A stretch of 64,000 nt of DNA from assembly GCA_002269645.1 (NCBI GenBank), contig NIVC01000283.1, positions 124,001-188,000 on the forward strand, read 5' to 3'. The notes beneath the pieces are model-generated. The model worked only from the letters and a program-made list of their open reading frames with translations. It did not search any database and was not told the DNA's origin. How positions within the stretch are numbered: position 1 is the stretch's first letter; each line of letters starts with the position of its first letter. This stretch comes from Macrostomum lignano. Its lineage: Eukaryota. The translations under genes were made by a program, and so were the position numbers. Below are positions 1-12,300 of the stretch, piece after piece.

Positions 1-2460
1 ACACCAAACAACCTGTTAGACACAAACAACCTGTTAGACACCAAACAACCTGTTAGACACAAACAACCTGTTAGACACCAAACAACCTGTTAGACACAAA
101 CAACCTTTTAGACACAAACAACCTGTTAGACACAACAGCCTGTTAGACACAAACAACCTGTTAGACAAAAAACCTGTTAGACACAAACAACCTGTTAGAC
201 ACAACAACCTGTTAGACACCAAACAACCTGTTAGACAAACAACCTGTTAGACACAACAACCTGCTAGACACAACAACCTGTTAGACACCAAACAACCTGT
301 TAGACACAACAGCCTGTTAGACACAACAGCCTGCTAGACACAACAACCTGTTAGACACCAAACAACCTGTTAGACACAACAACCTGTTAGACACAACAGC
401 CTGCTAGACACAACAACCTGTTAGACACCAAACAACCTGTTAGACACAACAACCTGTTAGACACAACAGCCTGCTAGACACAACAACCTGTTAGACACAA
501 ACAACCTGTTAGACACAACAACCTGTTAGACACAACAGCCTGTTAGACACCAAACAACCTGTTAGACACAACAGCCTGTAGACACAACAACCTGTTAGAC
601 AAAACAACCTGTTAGACACCAAACAACCTGTTAGACACAACAGCCTTTAGACACAACAACCTGTTAGACAAAACAACCTGTTAGACACCAAACAACCTGT
701 TAGACACAAACAACCTGTTAGACACCAACAACCTGTTAGACACAAACAGCCTGTTAGACACAAACAACCTGTTAGACAAAACAACCTGTTAGACACCAAA
801 CAACCTGTTAGACAAACAACCTTTAGACACTAAACAACCTGTTAGACAAATCAGCCTGTTAGACACCAAACAACCTGTTAGACACAACAGCCTGTTAGAC
901 ACAAAAACAACCTGTTAGACACAACAGCCTGTTAGACACAACAGCCTGCTAGACACAACAACCTGTTAGACACCAAACAACCTGTTAGACACAACAACCT
1001 GTTAGACACAACAGCCTGCTAGACACAACAACCCGTTAGACACCAAACAACCTGTTAGACACAACAACCTGTTAGACACAACAGCCTGCTAGACACAACA
1101 ACCTGTTAGACACCAAACAGCCTGCTAGACACAACAACCCGTTAGACACCAAACAACCTGTTAGACAAAACAACCTGTTAGACACAACAGCCTGCTAGAC
1201 ACAACAACCTGTTAGACAAAACAACCTTTTAGACTCTAAACAACCTGTTAGACAAAACAGCCTGTTAGACACAAACAACCTGTTAGACAAAACAACCTTT
1301 TAGACTCTAAACAACCTGTTAGACACAACAACCTGTTAGACACCAAACAACCTGTTAGACAAAACAACCTTTTAGACTCTAAACAACCTGGTAGACAAAA
1401 CAGCCTGTTAGACACCAAACAACCTGTTAGAGACAACAGCCTGTTAGACACAACAGCCTGCTAGACACAACAACCCGTTAGACACAAAACAACCTGTTAG
1501 ACACAACAGCCTGCTAGACACAACAACCTGTTAGACACCAAACAACCTGTTAGACACAACAACCTGTTAGACACAACAGCCTGCTAGACACAACAACCTG
1601 TTAGACACCAAACAACCTGTTAGACACAACAACCTGTTAGACACAACAGCCTGCTAGACACAACAACCCGTTAGACACCAAACAACCTGTTAGACACAAC
1701 AGCCTGTTAGACACAAAAACAACCTGTTAGACAAAACAGCCTGTTAGACACCAAACAACCTGTTAGACACAACAGCCTGTTAGACACAACAACCTGTTAG
1801 ACACAACAACCTGTTAGACACCAAACAACCTGTTAGACAAAACAACCTTTTAGACTCTAAACAACCTGTTAGACAAAACAGCCTGTTAGACACCAAACAA
1901 CCTGTTAGACAAAACAACCTTTTAGACTCTAAACAACCTGTTAGACACAACAACCTGTTAGACACCAAACAACCTGTTAGACAAAACAACCTTTTAGACT
2001 CTAAACAACCTGTTAGACAAAACAGCCTGTTAGACACCAAACAACCTGTTAGACACAACAGCCTGTTAGACACAACAGCCTGCTAGACACAACAACCCGT
2101 TAGACACCAAACAACCTGTTAGACACAACAGCCTGTTAGACACAACAGCCTGTTAGACACAACAGCCTGCTAGACACAACAACCCGTTAGACACCAAACA
2201 ACCTGTTAGACACAACAACCTGTTAGACACAACAGCCTGCTAGACACAACAACCCGTTAGACACCAAACAACCTGTTAGACACAACAACCTGTTAGACAC
2301 CAAACAACCTGTTAGACACCAAACAACCTGTTAGACACAACAACCTGTTAGACACCAAACAACCTGTTAGACACAACAACCTGTTAGACACAACAACCCG
2401 ATAGACAATAACCTGTTAGACACAACGGCCTGTTAACCAACCTGTTAGATACAAAAACTT
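1..2460. repeat. Minisatellite, 18-21 bp variable unit with core CA(A/G)CCTGTTAGACA
   Basis: Continuous tandem copies such as ACACCAAACAACCTGTTAG from the window start, degenerating near 2400-2460. The ORFs called here are repeat translations. Confidence 0.95.
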
Positions 2461-2568
2461 GTTACACAAACCTGTTAAATCTACAATCACCGGCAGCCAC
2501 AGTCTAAAAGCTTATTAATCTGTTCAAATTCAATCAGAAGCCGACAGCACAGCAGCTCAGCGAAAGGC

Positions 2569-4073
2569 ATGATGGAGGCTGCCATTGCAGCGGCCTCAAA
2601 CGCCCACGCACCCTACAGCAAGTACAAGGTGAACAATTTATTGTGTTTAATTGCTTATAATGAACTGTTTTTAATTTGCATTGACTACACTACTGACTCA
2701 AGTAGCTTACTAACGTTAATTAAACTTAGCTAGTGGTCTAGAGTATTTGCTATTTGAAAACTAAAACTTTTTATAATTTTTTGGACATTATACAATCCTG
2801 CTGACTATAATGCGGGGGCTTATTAACGAAATATACTGACTAGGAGACTAAAGGATTAGTTAAGGAATCTAATGAACTAATTAATGTGACTAAATTCCTT
2901 ATTAAGGAAAGTAACGCCCTAGTTAAAGAGACTAATGCAATAATTAAGGAGTCCAATACGCTAATTAAGGAGACTAGCGCACTAATTAAATCGACTAATA
3001 CACTAATTAAGGAGACTAGCACGCTAATTAAGGAGTCTCATACGATAATTAAATAGATTAATACACTAATTAAGGAGACTAATGCACTAATTAAGGAGAC
3101 TAATACCCTAATTAAGGAGACTAATACCCTAATTAAGGAGACTAATACCCTAATTAAGGAGACTAATACCCTAATTAAGGAGACTAATACCCTAATTAAG
3201 GAGACTAATACACTAATTAAGGAGACTAATACCCTAATTAAGGAGACTAATACACTAATTAAGCAGATTAATACACTAATTAAGCAGACTAATACTCTAA
3301 TTAAGGAGACTAATACACTAATTAAGGAGACTAATACACTAATTAACGAGACTAATACCCTAATTAAGGAGACTAATACACTAATTAACGAGGCTACTGC
3401 ACTAATTAAGGAGACGAATACTCTAATTAAGGAGACTAATACCCTAATTAAGGAGACTAATACCCTAATTAAGGAGACTAATACCCTAATTAAGGAGACT
3501 AATACACTAATTAAGCAGACTAATACACTAATTAAGCAGACTAATACACTAATTAAGCAGACTAATACTCTAATTAAGGAGACTAATACACTAATTAAGG
3601 AGACTAATACCCTAATTAAGGAGACTAGCACAACTAATTACAGAACTTAATGCACAAAAGTACATGCCTCAGCAAAATGCAGTAGCCAATTCTGCATCAT
3701 TGTCGCCATCAAAACTCTGTTCCCATAGGTAGGCGCCGCCCTGCTCCTATCCAACGGCACAGACATTGTCCCCGGCTGCAACGGAGAGAACTGCGCCTAT
3801 CCCAACACGAACTGCGCCGAGAAGACGGCTGTGTGCTCAGCTGTGGCCAGAGGTCACCGAAGCTTCACAGCTCTGGCCGTGTCAACTCCCTGCAGGCCAG
3901 GGGAGTTCCCGCGCCTCTGCGGCTCCTGCCGGCAGCTCATGTGCGAGTTCTGCGGGGAAGACTTCCCAATCTACTTAGTGCGATCGGACGATGGGCAGTT
4001 CGTGAAACGGCTGCTGGGCGAGTGCCTGCCTGAGGCATTTCGACCTGAGTGCCTGCTGGTGGACCGGGGCTAA
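2569..4073 (+). CDS. CDA: Cytidine deaminase (free-nucleoside, homotetrameric CDA class), 2 exons: 2569-2628 and 3729-4073, ~134 aa
   Basis: Exon 1 reads MMEAAIAAASNAHAPYSKYK, followed by a GT donor at 2629. The acceptor is tcccatAG at 3727-3728. Exon 2 reads VGAALLLSNGTDIVPGCNGENCAYPNTNCAEKTA...LCGSCRQLMCEF...LPEAF, giving the CAE and CxxC zinc ligands. The phase-0 junction restores APYSKYKVGAALL. The true start could lie further upstream. Confidence 0.9.
2840..3640. repeat. 21-bp minisatellite (TAATTAAGGAGACTAATACCC) inside the CDA intron
   Basis: Tandem 21-bp units between the two CDA exons. Confidence 0.95.
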
Positions 4074-4204
4074 ACATTGGCTGTCCTTGACGCTTGAACT
4101 TGATGTGTGCATGTATTCAAGATGAGCTTGTGACACTCCATTTGGTGCTGGCTGTCCATTTTGCTATTCGTAACTGGAACTGCCAGAAATGATTAATACC
4201 TGTG

Positions 4205-5145
4205 CTTCACCTGTTAGACAGGGGATAGTGTCACACCTGTTAGGCAGAGGTTGGTGTCACACCTGTTAGACAGGGCCGGGATAGTGTCACACCTGTTAGA
4301 CAGGGGATAGTGTCACACCTGTTAGACAGGAGATAGTGTCACACCTGTTAGACAGGGGATAGTGTCACACCTGTTAGACAGGGGATAGTGTCACACCTGT
4401 TAGACAGGGGATAGTGTCACGCCGGTTAGACAGAGGATAGTATCACACCTGTTAGACAGGGGATAGTGTCACACCTGTCAGACAGGAGATAGTGTCATAG
4501 TGTCACACCTGTTAGACAGGGGATATTGTCATACCTGTTAGACAAGGGATAGTGTCACACCTGTTAGACAGGGGATAGTGTCACACCTGTTAGACAGGGG
4601 ATAGTGTCACACCTGTTAGACAGGGGATAGTGTCACACCTGTTAGACAAGGGATAGTGTCATACCTGTTAGACAGGGGATATTGCCATACCTGTTAGACA
4701 AGGGATAGTGTCATACCTGTTAGACAGGGGATAGTGTCACACCTGTTAGACAGGGGATAGTGTCACACCTGTTAGACAGGGGATAGTGTCACACCTGTTA
4801 GACAGGGGATAGTGTCACACCTGTTAGACAGGGGATAGTGTCACACCTGTTAGACAGGGGATAGTGTCACACCTGTTAGACAGGGGATATTGTCATACCT
4901 GTTAGACAAGGGATAGTGTCATACCTGTTAGACAGGGGATAGTGTCACACCTGTTAGACAGGGGATAGTGTCACACCTGTTAGACAGGGGATAGTGTCAC
5001 ACCTGTTAGACAGGGGATAGTGTCACACCTGTTAGACAGGGGATAGTGTCACACCTGTTAGACAGGGGATAGTGTCACACCTGTTAGACAGGGGATAGTG
5101 TCACACCTGTTAGACAGGGGATAGTGTCACTCACAACTGTTAGAC
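4205..5145. repeat. 26-bp minisatellite (ACACCTGTTAGACAGGGGATAGTGTC)
   Basis: Highly homogeneous tandem units with 26-bp period (e.g. 4341, 4367). Confidence 0.95.
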
Positions 5146-5548
5146 AGGATGCTAGCTGTCACTGACATGCTATCAGTTTACGCCAAAATTAAGCCGTTTA
5201 ACACCAGCCAGTACAATTTAGTAATTAATACAAGTGAAACATGGTAAGAATAAATAACCATGCAAGTCTGTCTTGCTGAATTATATTATCTACTGCTAAT
5301 CCATATAATTAACAGAACAAGTGAAGTACAAGCGGAACTTCGCAGATTTAGAAAATTTGTTTTGACACGCAAGCACGTGAACTCTAACCGGTAGAAGCCG
5401 CACCTCTACGAGACGGCGCAACGCACTGCTGTGTATACTTTTATCTGATAACGCTCTGCAGTCTGGTTATAGAAAGTACCTAGATTTACTTGATTAATAA
5501 TCTCATGTAATATATGTGATATTGTTCGCAGGATGTAGATACTTAGTC

Positions 5549-5623
<75 letters not shown>

Positions 5624-5626
5624 GTC

Positions 5627-5707
<81 letters not shown>

Positions 5708-5762
5708 GTCAGACAGACAGACAGACAGACAGACAGTCAGACAGACAGACAGACAGACAGGC

Positions 5763-5819
<57 letters not shown>

Positions 5820-5822
5820 GTC

Positions 5823-5863
<41 letters not shown>

Positions 5864-5898
5864 GTCAGACAGACAGACAGACAGACAGACAGACAGTC

Positions 5899-5935
<37 letters not shown>

Positions 5936-6036
5936 GGCAGATAGGCAGACAGACAGACAGACAGACAGACAGACAGGCAGGCAGACAGGCAGACAGACAG
6001 ACAGACAGACAGACAGACAGGCAGACAGACAGACAC

Positions 6037-6102
<66 letters not shown>

Positions 6103-6118
6103 GGACAGACAGACAGTC

Positions 6119-6167
<49 letters not shown>

Positions 6168-6170
6168 GGC

Positions 6171-6215
<45 letters not shown>

Positions 6216-6236
6216 GTCAGACAGACAGACAGACAG

Positions 6237-6274
<38 letters not shown>

Positions 6275-6310
6275 GGACAGACAGACAGTCAGACAGACAG
6301 ACAGACAGAC
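5549..6310. repeat. (ACAG)n microsatellite with occasional AGTC/GGC variants
   Basis: Direct reading. The QTDR-type ORFs are artefacts of this repeat. Confidence 0.97.
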
Positions 6311-9300
6311 ACTCTTACGACTGTCTGTGTGTTTAGCGGGACCTGAGTTATGTTAGTGCGTTACGTGGACCACGCAATTCCGGTTAAAAAATAGAGTCTG
6401 TTTTGACAACGCGAAAGGCTAGCTAGGGTTATCTTTTTGTTAACTTGACGGAATAGCCAGTTCGGGGAAACTGTGGTGGTTCACTAACTACGTTTTGGGG
6501 ACCGGGTTAGGTGGACCGCAAAAAAACAGTTGGTTTAGTTAGACCTCTTTCGTTGTAGAAAATTTATTGCTTTAAACTGTTCTTTTGAACTAATTAAAAC
6601 AGAAATTCTCAAAAAGAACAGATAAAAGGGTTACGACGTCATTTAATGAAAATATCCCAAGTTCAAACCAATTTATTTAGCATTACTAATCGGGTTAATC
6701 GGGTTAAACAAATGTACGATCGCATTAGTTAGTTGCGTCGCGTGAATACAAGAAGGTGAATGAAAATAAAGCATTTTGAAAATAAATACAGAATCATATC
6801 AAATACTAACTGTAAACTCATTAAAACTAATTTAGGTCAAAATGTATGCTTCAAATACATGTTAACAAACGTAAGATTCCATTAGTTAAAAAGGTCATCC
6901 GAGTACGAGCCTACAAGAAGTTGAAGGGCATTTTTAATAACGACAAAAGTTACTAAAACTGAAATTAAATTGATTTGACTACATCAGTCCTATTATACTG
7001 AATGAGTTGGTGAGCAATCATATGATAAGCCAATCATTTTACCGACTTTCATCTTTTCGTTCACGCAGATGATGGCTTAATCTTCTTATTTTTTCTACGA
7101 AATATTCTCCTGGACCTTCCCTGCCTCCGTGGTCCGGGACCGCTTCTGTTATTGATCTGTCATTGCCTCTCTCACGAATTTCAGCTTACTCAGCCATCGA
7201 ATCCACTTTCGTCAGCTCAGCTTCTTTTACAGTTCGTTTTAACCTTCATCTCGGTGAAACGCAGTCAGTCTCGTCGAGCTCTCAGGCGAACAAAATCAAC
7301 CACAGGCTCCTACAAAGGTAGAAAATAAAATTAACTGACAATCAAACAGACACAGAAATCTGTTCCAGTTGTGTCTGTAGGTTATGTGGACCACCTCAGA
7401 TCCAGAGCCTCAAACAGACAGAGAAATCTGTTCGAGTTGTGTCTGTAGGTGAGGTGAACCACCTTCTGAGAGCCTAAGCCTCAAACAGACTTAGAGAGCT
7501 GCTTCAGTTGTGTCTGTAGGTTATGTGGACCACCTAAGAGCCAGAGCCTCAAACAGACAGAGAAATCTGTTCGAGTTGTGTCTGTAGGTTAGGTGGACCA
7601 CCTAAGAGCCAGAGCCTCAAACAGACAGAGAAATCTGTTCGAGTTGTGTCTGTAGGTTAGGTGGACCAGCTACTCCAAAGCACTTCTAGGCGATAGTCTG
7701 AGCCAGGAATCTCCGAGAGCCTCTCGTTACACATCCAGATGTTCTACCTTGATGCTGGACTAGCTCACTTTCTAGGAATCTGTTCTGATTGCATTCTAAC
7801 AAACTGAAGCATTCTCGGCACTAAACTTTCTCGGCGGCTCTGAGATCCAGAGCCTCAAACAGACAGAGAAATCTGTTCGAGTTGTGTCTGTAGGTTAGGT
7901 GGACCAGATACTCCACAGCACTTCTAGGCGATAATCTGAGCCAGGAGTCTCCGAGAGACTTTCGTTACACATCCAGATGTTCTGCCTTGATGCTGGACTA
8001 GCTCACTTTCTAGGAATCTGTTCTGATTGCATTCTAACAAACTGAAGCATTTTATGCACTAAACTTTCTCGGCGGCTCTAAGAGCCAGAGCCTAAACAGA
8101 CAGAGAAATCTGTTCGAGTTGTGTCTGTAGGTTAGGTGGACCACCTTCTGAGAGCCAAAGCCTCAAACAGACTGAGAGAGCTGCTTCAGTTGTGTCTGTA
8201 GGTTATGAGGACCACCTAAGAGCCAGAGCCTCAAACAGACAGAGAAATCTGTTCGAGTTGTGTCTGTAGGTTAGGTGGACCAGCTACTCCACAGCACTTC
8301 TAGGCGATAATCTGAGCCAGGAGTCTCCGAGAGACTTTCGTTACACATCCAGATGTTCTGCCTTGATGCTGGACTAGCTCACTTTCTAGGAATCTGTTCT
8401 GATTGCATTCTAACAAACTGAAGCATTCTCGGCACTAAACTTTCTCGGCGGCTCTGAGATCCAGAGCCTCAAACAGACAGAGAAATCTGTTCGAGTTGTG
8501 TCTGTAGGTTAGGTGGACCAGCTACTCCACAGCACTTCTAGGCGATAATCTGAGCCAGGAGTCTCCGAGAGACTTTCGTTACACATCCAGATGTTCTGCC
8601 TTGATGCTGGACTAGCTCACTTTCTAGGAATCTGTTCTGATTGCATTCTAACAAACTGAAGCATTCTCGGCACTAAACTTTCTCGGCGGCTCTGAGAGCC
8701 AGAGCCTCAAACAGACAGAGAAATCTGTTCGAGTTGTGTCTGTAGGTTAGGTGGACCAGCTATTCTACAGCACTTCTAGGCGATAATCTGAGCCAGGAAT
8801 CTCCGAGAGCTTCTCGTTACACATCCAGATGTTCTGCCTTGATGCAGGACTAGCTCACTTTCTAGGAATCTGTTCTGATTGCATTCTAACAAACTGAAGC
8901 ATTTTATGCACTAAACTTTCTCGGCGGCTCTGAGATCCAGAGCCTCAAACAGACAGAGAAATCTGTTCGAGTTGTGTCTGTAGGTTAGGTGGACCAGCTA
9001 CTCCACAGCACTTCTAGGCGATAATCTGAGCCAGGAGTCTCCGAGAGACTTTCGTTACACATCCAGATGTTCTGCCTTGATGCTGGACTAGCTCACTTTC
9101 TAGGAATCTGTTCTGATTGCATTCTAACAAACTGAAGCATTCTCGGCACTAAATTTTCTCGGCGGCTCTGAGAGCCAGAGCCTCAAACAGACAGAGAAAT
9201 CTGTTCGAGTTGTGTCTGTAGGTTAGGTGGACCAGCTACTCCACAGCACTTCTAGGCGATAATCTGAGCCAGGAGTCTCCGAGAGACTTTCGTTACACAT

Positions 9301-12300
9301 CCAGATGTTCTGCCTTGATGCTGGACTAGCTCACTTTCTAGGAATCTGTTCTGATTGCATTCTAACAAACTGAAGCATTCTCGGCACTAAACTTTCTCGG
9401 CGGCTCTGAGATCCAGAGCCTCAAACAGACAGAGAAATCTGTTCGAGTTGTGTCTGTAGGTTAGGTGGACCAGCTACTCCACAGCACTTCTAGGCGATAA
9501 TCTGAGCCAGGAGTCTCCGAGAGACTTTCGTTACACATCCAGATGTTCTGCCTTGATGCTGGACTAGCTCACTTTCTAGGAATCTGTTCTGATTGCATTC
9601 TAACAAACTGAAGCATTTTATGCACTAAACTTTCTCGGCGGCTCTAAGAGCCAGAGCCTAAACAGACAGAGAAATCTGTTCGAGTTGTGTCTGTAGGTTA
9701 GGTGGACCACCTTCTGAGAGCCAAAGCCTCAAACAGACTGAGAGAGCTGCTTCAGTTGTGTCTGTAGGTTATGAGGACCACCTAAGAGCCAGAGCCTCAA
9801 ACAGACAGAGAAATCTGTTCGAGTTGTGTCTGTAGGTTAGGTGGACCAGCTACTCCACAGCACTTCTAGGCGATAATCTGAGCCAGGAATCTCCGAGAGC
9901 CTCTCGTTACACATCCAGATGTTCTGCCTTGATGCTGGACTAGCTCACTTTCTAGGAATATGTTCTGATTGCATTCTAACAAACTGAAGCATTCTCGGCA
10001 CTAAACTTTCTCGGCGGCTCTGAGAGCCAGAGCCTCAAACAGACAGAGAAATCTGTTCGAGTTGTGTCTGTAGGTTAGGTGGACCAGCTACTCCACAGCA
10101 CTTCTAGGCGATAATCTGAGCCAGGAGTCTCCGAGAGACTTTCGTTACACATCCAGATGTTCTGCCTTGATGCTGGACTAGCTCACTTTCTAGGAATCTG
10201 TTCTGATTGCATTCTAACAAACTGAAGCATTCTCGGCACTAAACTTTCTCGGCGGCTCTGAGAGCCAGAGCCTCAAACAGACAGAGAAATCTGTTCGAGT
10301 TGTGTCTGTAGGTTAGGTGGACCAGCTATTCTACAGCACTTCTAGGCGATAATCTGAGCCAGGAATCTCCAAGAGCCTCTCGTTACACATCCAGATGTTC
10401 TGCCTTGATGCTGGACTAGCTCACTTTCTAGGAATCTGTTCTGATTGCATTCTAACAAACTGAAGCATTCTCGGCACTAAACTTTCTCGGCGGCTCTGAG
10501 ATCCAGAGCCTCAAACAGACAGAGAAATCTGTTCGAGTTGTGTCTGTAGGTTAGGTGGACCAGATACTCCACAGCACTTCTAGGCGATAATCTGAGCCAG
10601 GAGTCTCCGAGAGACTTTCGTTACACATCCAGATGTTCTGCCTTGATGCTGGACTAGCTCACTTTCTAGGAATCTGTTCTGATTGCATTCTAACAAACTG
10701 AAGCATTTTATGCACTAAACTTTCTCGGCGGCTCTAAGAGCCAGAGCCTAAACAGACAGAGAAATCTGTTCGAGTTGTGTCTGTAGGTTAGGTGGACCAC
10801 CTTCTGAGAGCCAAAGCCTCAAACAGACTGAGAGAGCTGCTTCAGTTGTGTCTGTAGGTTATGAGGACCACCTAAGAGCCAGAGCCTCAAACAGACAGAG
10901 AAATCTGTTCGAGTTGTGTCTGTAGGTTAGGTGGACCAGCTACTCCACAGCACTTCTAGGCGATAATCTGAGCCAGGAATCTCCGAGAGCCTCTCGTTAC
11001 ACATCCAGATGTTCTGCCTTGATGCTGGACTAGCTCACTTTCTAGGAATATGTTCTGATTGCATTCTAACAAACTGAAGCATTCTCGGCACTAAACTTTC
11101 TCGGCGGCTCTGAGAGCCAGAGCCTCAAACAGACAGAGAAATCTGTTCGAGTTGTGTCTGTAGGTTAGGTGGACCAGCTATTCTACAGCACTTCTAGGCG
11201 ATAATCTGAGCCAGGAATCTCCGATAGCCTCTCGTTACACATCCAGATGTTCTGCCTTGATGCAGGACTAGCTCACTTTCTAGGAATCTGTTCTGATTGC
11301 ATTCTAACAAACTGAAGCATTCTCGGCACTAAACTTTCTCGGCGGCTCTGAGAGCCAGAGCCTCAAACAGACAGAAATCTGTTCGAGTTGTGTCTGTAGG
11401 TTAGGTGGACCAGCTACTCCACAGCACTTCTAGGCGATAATCTGAGCCAGGAGTCTCCGAGAGACTTTCGTTACACATCCAGATGTTCTGCCTTGATGCT
11501 GGACTAGCTCACTTTCTAGGAATCTGTTCTGATTGCATTCTAACAAACTGAAGCATTCTCGGCACTAAACTTTCTCGGCGGCTCTGAGAGCCAGAGCCTC
11601 AAACAGACAGAGAAATCTGTTCGAGTTGTGTCTGTAGGTTAGGTGGACCAGCTATTCTACAGCACTTCTAGGCGATAATCTGAGCCAGGAGTCTCCGAGA
11701 GACTTTCGTTACACATCCAGATGTTCTGCCTTGATGCTGGACTAGCTCACTTTCTAGGAATCTGTTCTGATTGCATTCTAACAAACTGAAGCATTTTCTG
11801 CACTAAACTTTCTCGGCGGCTCTGAGAGCCAGAGCCTAAACAGACAGAGAAATCTGTTCGAGTTGTGTCTGTAGGTTAGGTGGACCACCTTCTGAGAGCC
11901 AAAGCCTCAAACAGACTGAGAGAGCTGCTTCAGTTGTGTCTGTAGGTTATGAGGACCACCTAAGAGCCAGAGCCTCAAACAGACGGAGAAATCTGTTCGA
12001 GTTGTGTCTGTAGGTTAGGTGGACCAGCTACTCCACAGCACTTCTAGGCGATAATCTGAGCCAGGAGTCTCCAAGAGACTTTCGTTACACATCCAGATGT
12101 TCTGCCTTGATGCTGGACTAGCTCACTTTCTAGGAATCTGTTCTGATTGCATTCTAACAAACTGAAGCATTCTCGGCACTAAACTTTCTCGGCGGCTCTG
12201 AGATCCAGAGCCTCAAACAGACAGAGAAATCTGTTCGAGTTGTGTCTGTAGGTTAGGTGGACCAGCTACTCCACAGCACTTCTAGGCGATAATCTGAGCC

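Noticed and set aside
5516-6036. QTDR/VCLS ORFs here and at 15190-16153 and 58203-59288
   Set aside because: Translations of tetranucleotide microsatellites.
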